Virus record (IMG/VR): IMGVR_UViG_3300043485_000046
Span: 1 to 30,565 of that record
DNA length: 30,565 bases
Reading direction: 5' to 3' (one strand)
Source of the DNA: a virus
Taxonomy: Duplodnaviria; Caudoviricetes
Below, piece by piece: positions 24,728 through 30,565 of this stretch. How positions within the stretch are numbered: the first letter of the stretch is position 1; every line of letters starts with the position of its first letter. The position numbers and the translations under genes were made by a program. The notes beneath the pieces are model-generated. The model was given only the letters and a program-made list of their open reading frames with translations, made no database searches and was not told the DNA's origin.

Positions 24728-25378
24728 ATGCCCTGGGTTCGGTTCGATGACCAGTTCCCCATTCACCGCAAGGTAGATGGCCTGTCGGATGCTGCATACC
24801 GCCTTCACACCTCGGCGATCTTCTGGTGCGCGCGGAACCTCACAGACGGTTTCGTGTCCGAAGATGATCTCGACGGCGTGACAGCGCGGGTGCGAACGCC
24901 GTCACGCTTCGCTGCCGAGTGCGTGAAACGGGGTACCTGGCACGACTCCCGCGAGCCCTGCGAGTCGGATAAGTGCCCCGCGCCTGTGGACAGCAGTTAT
25001 CCACAGGGCTGGGTGGTTCACGACTACTGGGAGTACCAGCCCAGTGCACGGAAAGTGAAAGAAGACCGGATAGCGAAAGCGGAGCGTCAGCGCCGATGGC
25101 TGGAACGTAAACAAAGACGCGTCTCTAGACCGTCTGATGACGCGTCTGAAGACGCCCCCCCGTACCCGCCCCGCCCCGAAGGAAGCGGGGCGCGGAGCGC
25201 CCCGGGCAACGGCGCCGCCGTCCGCGCCCCGAGAGGGCGCGCGGCCGCCGTGCCGAAACCCGCCTGGTGCGGGTCATGCGATGAGGCAACCCGCCAGACC
25301 GGCGACCCGCCGCGCCGCTGCCCTGCCTGCCATCCCCTCGTCACCGCACGTCAGGAGGAATCCAAATGGTGGACCTGA
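24728..25378 (+). CDS. Phage replication initiator-like protein
   Basis: MPWVRFDD.F..HRKV...WCARNLTDGFV...HDYWEYQPS; C-terminal WCGSCD...CPACHP. Confidence 0.75.
   Translation: MPWVRFDDQFPIHRKVDGLSDAAYRLHTSAIFWCARNLTDGFVSEDDLDGVTARVRTPSRFAAECVKRGTWHDSREPCESDKCPAPVDSSYPQGWVVHDYWEYQPSARKVKEDRIAKAERQRRWLERKQRRVSRPSDDASEDAPPYPPRPEGSGARSAPGNGAAVRAPRGRAAAVPKPAWCGSCDEATRQTGDPPRRCPACHPLVTARQEESKWWT
24985..25155. promoter_or_regulatory. Candidate replication origin: paired DnaA boxes and iterons
   Basis: TGTGGACAG (24985-24993) and TTATCCACA (24997-25005); AGACGCGTCT-type repeats 25115-25155. Confidence 0.6.
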
Positions 25379-25590
25379 ACGCTGGCGACCCGTCGGCGCG
25401 GGAGGAGTTCGAGGCCGCCGTCCGCCGCGAGTTCGAGACCCTCCGCCCCGAAATCGCCACCCGCGGCAAGGAAGACCGGATCCAGAACATCCTCGCCGCC
25501 CACGACAAGGCCGCCAGCCGCGCGGTTGCCCGCGGCATCCACATCTGGCTCCGCGCGTACGCCGACGCGCTCCCTGGTGAGCAGCCATGA
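25366..25590 (+). CDS. Hypothetical protein
   Basis: 74 aa, AGGAGG RBS. Confidence 0.7.
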   Translation: MVDLNAGDPSAREEFEAAVRREFETLRPEIATRGKEDRIQNILAAHDKAASRAVARGIHIWLRAYADALPGEQP

Positions 25591-25736
25591 CCAGCACCGC
25601 CGAGAGCACGTCCGTGCGCGACATCCCGCGGTCCTGCACCTGCACATGGCACTACGCCCGCAAGCCCGCCCGGTGGATACTCACCCGGCCCGACCCCGCC
25701 TGCATATGGCACGACCACGGAAGCGAGACGCCATGA
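25587..25736 (+). CDS. 49-aa protein (CTC...C..H)
   Basis: Read by hand; ATGA overlaps at both ends. Confidence 0.6.
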   Translation: MTSTAESTSVRDIPRSCTCTWHYARKPARWILTRPDPACIWHDHGSETP

Positions 25737-26551
25737 CCACCCCAGGCAAGCTGCACGTCGACACCACCGACGGCCGCATCCACGGCCCCGCCACCATCAC
25801 GTACAACAGCCCGTTCCCGTGCGTCAACGGGACCCCGCACGTCACCGGCGCCATCCGCGGTGTCGTCATGCACACCATGGTGGGCAACCTCCCCGGCACC
25901 ATCGCGCACTTCAACAACCCGGACGCGCAGGCGTCCGCCCACTTCGGCATCAGCCAGGCAGGCGAGATACACCAGTTCGGGCCGCTCGGGAAGGGCTGGA
26001 AAGCGTGGGCGCAAGCCGACGGGAACATGCAGTGGTACTCCATCGAGCACGCCGACGACGGCGACCAGCACCACCCGCTCACCCAGGCGCAGATCACGGC
26101 CTCGGCGCAGGTCGTCGAGTGCCTGTCCGCGTTCGCCGGGTTCCCCCTCCGGGTCGAAGACGACGTGCACGGCAAGGGCTACGGCACGCATGTCATGGGC
26201 GGCGCCGCGTGGGGCGGCCACACCTGCCCCGGACCAGGGCCCAGGGCAGGGCAGCGGCTGGATATCGTGCAGCTCGCCCGCATCATCCGGGCAGGTGCCC
26301 AGCCGCTGCCTAAGCGGGTACCGCAGCTGGAAACCATCGTCACCGACGGGACCACGTCGCTGCATGACCTCGCCGCGGCGCGGGGCACGCACTCCATGCA
26401 CGTGCTGTACCTGACCTCGGACCACTTCCGCGGGTTCCCGCAGGAGACGGCCAACTGGGGCAACCGGCTGTTCAACCCGGACACCGCGTTCTTCGCGGCA
26501 CTGTCGATGCCTGCGGGGCTGCACCTGCGCGTCCCGGTGATCCCGTCATGA
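25733..26551 (+). CDS. N-acetylmuramoyl-L-alanine amidase (Amidase_2-type endolysin)
   Basis: VVMHT, ASAHFGI, AWAQ..GN, SIEH, GTH, HTCPG; start at ATG 25733. Confidence 0.88.
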   Translation: MTTPGKLHVDTTDGRIHGPATITYNSPFPCVNGTPHVTGAIRGVVMHTMVGNLPGTIAHFNNPDAQASAHFGISQAGEIHQFGPLGKGWKAWAQADGNMQWYSIEHADDGDQHHPLTQAQITASAQVVECLSAFAGFPLRVEDDVHGKGYGTHVMGGAAWGGHTCPGPGPRAGQRLDIVQLARIIRAGAQPLPKRVPQLETIVTDGTTSLHDLAAARGTHSMHVLYLTSDHFRGFPQETANWGNRLFNPDTAFFAALSMPAGLHLRVPVIPS

Positions 26552-26670
26552 GGCGGACGCTAACGCGGCTGCGGGCTGCGTATCACGAGCTGAGCTGCAC
26601 GGAATGCCGCGTCACATGGTCATCATGGGCACTGCGAGTCGTCGGCTGCAAGCGAGGCTTCACCCCGTGA
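26548..26670 (+). CDS. 40-aa protein (CTEC)
   Basis: Read by hand; overlaps at both ends. Confidence 0.55.
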   Translation: MRRTLTRLRAAYHELSCTECRVTWSSWALRVVGCKRGFTP

Positions 26671-27236
26671 CCGCGCTGGGTGATCCGCTCGGCGACCTCC
26701 GCGAATGGCTGCCCCGCGCCGCCGCGCTCATCACGCAGCCCGACACCGACGCCACGGCCGGCCACGGCAAGGCAGGCTCCCGCCCCCCCTGGAACCCGTC
26801 CGCCGCGAACGCGCTGTGGGACGCCGTCGCCGTCATCGCCGACGTCCGCGCCATGTTCGCGTTCCTCGTCCACGGCCGCCCCGGGCAGGCGTACCCCTAC
26901 GCGGCCACCGGAGCGGCCCTGGACGCCATCGGCAGGCTCGGGGAGGCAGTGCCGCAGGCATACGCCAAGCGGGCCGAGAGAGACCTTTCCAGGGCCGTCC
27001 TGCCCATCCTGCGGCTGAACGCCGTCGACGAGGAGGAGACACCACAGCACCTGCGGTCCTACGAATGCCACTACTGCCACGGGTTCATGGTGTGGCTGCT
27101 GCCGAAGGCCGGGTTCGTGTACTGCACCCGCACCGGCGTCTGCCAGGACGCCAACGGGAAACCGGCGAAGGGCTGGTGCCGCGAGGGCCGTTTCGGCGAG
27201 GGCCAGATCGAATGGGAAGACGGCCTCGTCACATGA
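26667..27236 (+). CDS. Zn-finger protein, possible late-gene regulator
   Basis: GSRPP motif, CHYC...C....C...C; position; function inferred. Confidence 0.65.
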   Translation: MTALGDPLGDLREWLPRAAALITQPDTDATAGHGKAGSRPPWNPSAANALWDAVAVIADVRAMFAFLVHGRPGQAYPYAATGAALDAIGRLGEAVPQAYAKRAERDLSRAVLPILRLNAVDEEETPQHLRSYECHYCHGFMVWLLPKAGFVYCTRTGVCQDANGKPAKGWCREGRFGEGQIEWEDGLVT

Positions 27237-27688
27237 CGAACCTGCTGACACCGAAACGATACGAGTCAATCCTCGCGCGCCTGATCATCTCCCCGGCCGG
27301 GTGCTGGGAATGGACTGGCGCGCGAGACAGGCACGGGTACGGACGCGCAGGCTACGGGCCGCGCAAGGCAGGAACCGGGCTCGTGCACCGGATGGTCTAC
27401 CAGCAGGTGAACGGGCCTATCGAGCCCGGCCTGGAACTTGACCACCTGTGCCGGAACCATCCGTGCGCGAACCCCGCGCACCTGGAACCCGTCACCCATG
27501 GTGAGAACGTGCAGCGCGGAGACGGCCCGGCACTGCTCGCGGCCAGGAACTCGGCCGTCACGCGCTGCCCGCAAGATCACCCGTACGACGATCAGAACAC
27601 CTACATCCCGCCGGGCAAGACCGGCCGCGAGTGCCGTACGTGCCGGAACGAAGCTACGCGCAAATGGCGGCAGGCCAGGAAACAGTGA
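27233..27688 (+). CDS. HNH endonuclease with C-terminal Zn-finger
   Basis: GCWEWTG...GYG...LELDHLCRN..CANPAHLEPVT..EN, CPQDHPY...CRTC. Confidence 0.92.
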   Translation: MTNLLTPKRYESILARLIISPAGCWEWTGARDRHGYGRAGYGPRKAGTGLVHRMVYQQVNGPIEPGLELDHLCRNHPCANPAHLEPVTHGENVQRGDGPALLAARNSAVTRCPQDHPYDDQNTYIPPGKTGRECRTCRNEATRKWRQARKQ

Positions 27689-29082
27689 CCGCCATAGTCA
27701 TACGCGGAGACGCCGCCCATCTCCCGCTCCCTGATGAGTCTGTTGATCTTCTGCTGTGCTCGCCGCCTTACTTCGCTTTGAGGTCGTATACCGATGGTGG
27801 CGAGCATTATGCAGGTCAGATAGGGAGCGAAGCGACACCGCAGGAGTTCCTTGAAGCCTTGTGGGCTTGTACCCGTGACTGGATCAGGGTGCTGAAGCCG
27901 GAGGGGTCGATCTTCGTCAACCTCGGCGACAAATACGCAGGCGGCGGCATGGGCGGACACGGCGACGGAATCGGCGCGGTATGCAACGGGGCAGCCCGGG
28001 CGCAGTACCGGCGGCCGAAGATCGATGCTCCCGCGAAGTCGCTGCTGGGGTTGCCGTGGCGGTACGCGCTCGGCTGCATGGACCAGCTCGGCCTGATCCT
28101 CCGCGCCGAGATCATCTGGGCCAAGCCCAACGGCCTCCCCGAATCCGTCACCGACCGCGTCCGCCGCTCACACGAGCAGGTGTTCCATTTCACCCGTTCG
28201 CCGCGGTATTACGCCGCCGTAGACGAAATCCGCACCCCGCATGCGCAGTCCACCATGACCCGGGGTGGTGGCAGGAACGGCCTCCGCATCAGCGAGCAGC
28301 CGAACCCGTCTGGCACCATCACCGAAGGGCGCCACGACTGGGAAGGCGGCCTCAACGCGCTCGGCTCGCTGCCCGGGTCGGTGTGGTCGATCCCGTCGCA
28401 GCCGCTCACCGTCCCGCCCGGCCTCGGCGTTGACCACTTCGCCGCGTTCCCGGCGGAGTTGCCGCGGCGGATCATCTTGGGGTGGTCGCCGCCGGGTGTG
28501 TGCACGGGGTGCGGCCAGGGCCGCCGCCCCGTCGTGGACAGGAACCATGCCGATACGCCTGGCGGCAGCACCGCGGCGGTAAACCGGCTGCGCGCTGATG
28601 AGATTCGCAGCCTCACCGTGCGCAAGATGGCACGCGGCTCCATCGAGGCCACGATTACCGGCTATGCGTGCGCCTGCACCCCGTTCACCGACCACCCCGG
28701 CACCGGCGAGCGGTACTTCACCGAAACCCCGCCGGGCGGCAACCGCGGCCGGAACACGACATCCGGCGCGCACATCCCGCACGTAGCCCGAGGCGACGAC
28801 GGGCCGATCCCGAAAGTCGGGCCATGGCGCGAGTATCACTTTGACCGCTGGACCCCGCCGCCCACGCGCCCGGCGATCGTCGTCGACCCGTTCGGCGGCA
28901 CCGGCACGACCGCGCTGGTGGCGTCCGTCCTCGGCCGCACCGGCATCAGCTTCGACCTGTCCCACGACTACAGCCGCCTCGCCAGATGGCGAACCCAGGA
29001 CCCGGGCGAGCGGTGCCGGGTGATCGGCGCCCCGAAACCGCCGCCCGTGGCCGACGGGCAGGACGCGCTGTTCGCGCTATGA
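27685..29082 (+). CDS. DNA methyltransferase (N4-C/N6-A, beta class)
   Basis: CSPPY, IIWAKPN.LPESV.DR...HE, HFAAFP, DPFGGTGTT. Confidence 0.93.
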   Translation: MTAIVIRGDAAHLPLPDESVDLLLCSPPYFALRSYTDGGEHYAGQIGSEATPQEFLEALWACTRDWIRVLKPEGSIFVNLGDKYAGGGMGGHGDGIGAVCNGAARAQYRRPKIDAPAKSLLGLPWRYALGCMDQLGLILRAEIIWAKPNGLPESVTDRVRRSHEQVFHFTRSPRYYAAVDEIRTPHAQSTMTRGGGRNGLRISEQPNPSGTITEGRHDWEGGLNALGSLPGSVWSIPSQPLTVPPGLGVDHFAAFPAELPRRIILGWSPPGVCTGCGQGRRPVVDRNHADTPGGSTAAVNRLRADEIRSLTVRKMARGSIEATITGYACACTPFTDHPGTGERYFTETPPGGNRGRNTTSGAHIPHVARGDDGPIPKVGPWREYHFDRWTPPPTRPAIVVDPFGGTGTTALVASVLGRTGISFDLSHDYSRLARWRTQDPGERCRVIGAPKPPPVADGQDALFAL

Positions 29083-29321
29083 GCGACACCACTCACTACG
29101 TGCTCGATGTCGCCGCGCTGGCCGCCGCCATCGAGACCGTTACCCGGCACCGGAAGATATCGCTGCGGGACGTCGCGGCAGAGACGGGGCTGTCGCCATC
29201 CACCCTGACCCGCATATCCCAGGGCCAGAAACCTGACGCTGACGGCCTGCTGACATTGCTCGCGTGGCTGAACGCCGACGCTACCCGCTTCGCGCGGCTC
29301 CGCCAGATTACGGCCGGCTAA
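29079..29321 (+). CDS. XRE-type HTH protein
   Basis: SLRDVAAETGLSPSTLTRISQG.KPD. Confidence 0.85.
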   Translation: MSDTTHYVLDVAALAAAIETVTRHRKISLRDVAAETGLSPSTLTRISQGQKPDADGLLTLLAWLNADATRFARLRQITAG

Positions 29322-29335
29322 TGCCACCATGACGA

Positions 29336-29554
29336 ATGACCGATATCCGGTTCACGCTCGCCGAGGCCGCGCCCCTGCTGAACCCGCCCGTCACCCCGGA
29401 GCAGCTCGCCGCCATGGTCCGGGCGCTGCGCCTGCACCCGTCGGGCACCCGCCGCACCGGCAGGCCCGGCCGCCCGGAGCAGACCTGGGACTGGGCCACC
29501 ATCACCCGACTGCACGAGTGCATCCTGCCGTTCCTGGAGGACCACCATGGCTGA
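29336..29554 (+). CDS. Small putative DNA-binding protein
   Basis: TLAEAA.LL.PP...TGRPGRP. Confidence 0.65.
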   Translation: MTDIRFTLAEAAPLLNPPVTPEQLAAMVRALRLHPSGTRRTGRPGRPEQTWDWATITRLHECILPFLEDHHG

Positions 29555-29744
29555 TACGCACCCCTTCACCCCGGCTGCGGACCCGGGCTGGATCCTGGTC
29601 TGCCGGTGCGGGAAGTGGCCGGGGCATCACGTTCACACTGGCGATGTGGCCGCCTGCACCTGTGACGCCTGCTGCCGCGCCCGGCGCAAGGCCCGGCGCA
29701 AGGACACGTCACAGCAGGTAGCACGCGAGGCCAATTACGGCTAG
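29547..29744 (+). CDS. Cys/His-rich basic protein
   Basis: CRCG..H.H...CTCDACC; GGAGG RBS. Confidence 0.6.
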   Translation: MADTHPFTPAADPGWILVCRCGKWPGHHVHTGDVAACTCDACCRARRKARRKDTSQQVAREANYG

Positions 29745-29810
29745 CTTTATCGCTAGCGGCTGCATGCCCGGAAACAGGCGTGCGGCCGTAACCATGCCGG
29801 AAGGCACACC

Positions 29811-30044
29811 ATGCCCATCAGCAACGACCGGCTGCTGCGCGAGCTGCAGACCATCAGCCAGAAACTGGACGTAGTCATGTCGCAGCAGGACGAGATCGAC
29901 GCCGACGTCGTCGAGCTGAACACCGCCGCGCAGGCCATCCTCGATGAGATCGCCGCGCTGCAGGACGCGAACCCGGCGCTGGACCTGTCCGCGCTGAAGG
30001 CCGCCGCTGACCGGGTGGCCGCCATCGCACCGCCCGCCGCCTGA
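29811..30044 (+). CDS. Small acidic coiled-coil protein
   Basis: 77 aa heptad pattern; GGAAGG RBS. Confidence 0.75.
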   Translation: MPISNDRLLRELQTISQKLDVVMSQQDEIDADVVELNTAAQAILDEIAALQDANPALDLSALKAAADRVAAIAPPAA

Positions 30045-30056
30045 CCTGACCATGGC

Positions 30057-30203
30057 ATGGATGATCATTGCGATACGTGCCTGTGCTGCTACTGCTGCCA
30101 GTGGTGCGAGCGACGACATGACACGCCCTGCCCAAACGGGTGCAACGACGATCATCCGCTAATAACGGGACATGCCCATGCCAAGGTCGCGTCCGCGCCT
30201 TAG
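30057..30203 (+). CDS. Possible 48-aa Cys-rich peptide
   Basis: MDDHCDTCLCCYCCQWCERRHDTPCPNGC...; no clear RBS. Confidence 0.35.
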   Translation: MDDHCDTCLCCYCCQWCERRHDTPCPNGCNDDHPLITGHAHAKVASAP

Positions 30204-30495
30204 CGCCACCGCACGCGGCTACGGCAAGGGCAGGCCCCGTGTCCTCGCCAAGACCGCGGCACGCGGATACGGCGGCCCGCACGTCACCACCCGCAGCGAG
30301 TACGTCGCCGCATACCACCGAGGCCAGCCGTGCGCCATCGGCGGCGAGCCGCTCACGTGCGACCCGCGCTGGCTCGACCTCGCGCACGACCACGCCAGCG
30401 GCGGGTACCTCGGACTCGCCTGCCGCCGCCACAACCGCGGCCACCACGACAAGCCCCGGATGGTCACGACCCTCCGCACATCACGACCGTGGTAG
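30172..30495 (+). CDS. Terminal HNH-like protein (packaging-associated position)
   Basis: T.RGYG..H, CAIGG, DLAHDH, YLGLAC..HNR, SRPW end. Confidence 0.75.
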   Translation: MPMPRSRPRLSATARGYGKGRPRVLAKTAARGYGGPHVTTRSEYVAAYHRGQPCAIGGEPLTCDPRWLDLAHDHASGGYLGLACRRHNRGHHDKPRMVTTLRTSRPW

Positions 30496-30565
30496 GGGGG
30501 CGGGGTCATGACGCAACGTGACCGCGCTGCGACTCCGCAGTCATCTACGTGTGTGTCTGAACTCT
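30496..30565. other. Possible cos/packaging region
   Basis: Non-coding G-run GGGGGCGGGG right after the terminal HNH; by analogy only. Confidence 0.3.

Noticed and set aside
26705-27232. N-terminal extension of the 327-aa HNH ORF
   Set aside because: Overlaps the 26667-27236 gene; coupled ATG at 27233 is the better start
1-30565. Stop-codon reassignment, given the many TAG stops
   Set aside because: TAGs fall at gene ends and are mostly followed by an RBS or start codon; conserved enzymes are not interrupted

Overview
High-GC temperate actinobacteriophage (siphovirus-like), apparently in un-integrated virion gene order, from the tail genes to the probable right end. Left to right: tail chaperone end; tape measure with a C-terminal lytic transglycosylase motif; a large Gly-rich tail-tip protein; a 3-ORF insertion; a fibre-like gene; a membrane/holin cluster with no endolysin; a leftward accessory block (HNHs, DUF397-like protein, FtsK/SpoIIIE TraB-like ATPase, small membrane and secreted proteins, DUF2637) facing a GntR regulator, like the transfer module of actinomycete integrative conjugative elements (AICEs); a short tyrosine integrase; a PAPS-reductase-like gene; a repressor ending in -LAA opposite a Cro-like gene (integration-dependent-immunity layout); a BldC-like HTH; YqaJ/RecT; DUF3102 with a 26-bp perfect palindrome; a replication protein containing paired DnaA boxes and iterons; an amidase; a DNA methyltransferase; and a terminal HNH. 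The best candidate for a new system is a phage carrying a hyphal-conjugation (TraB/GntR/DUF2637) module plus mimics of host developmental regulators. All family calls are by motif recognition; no searches were run.
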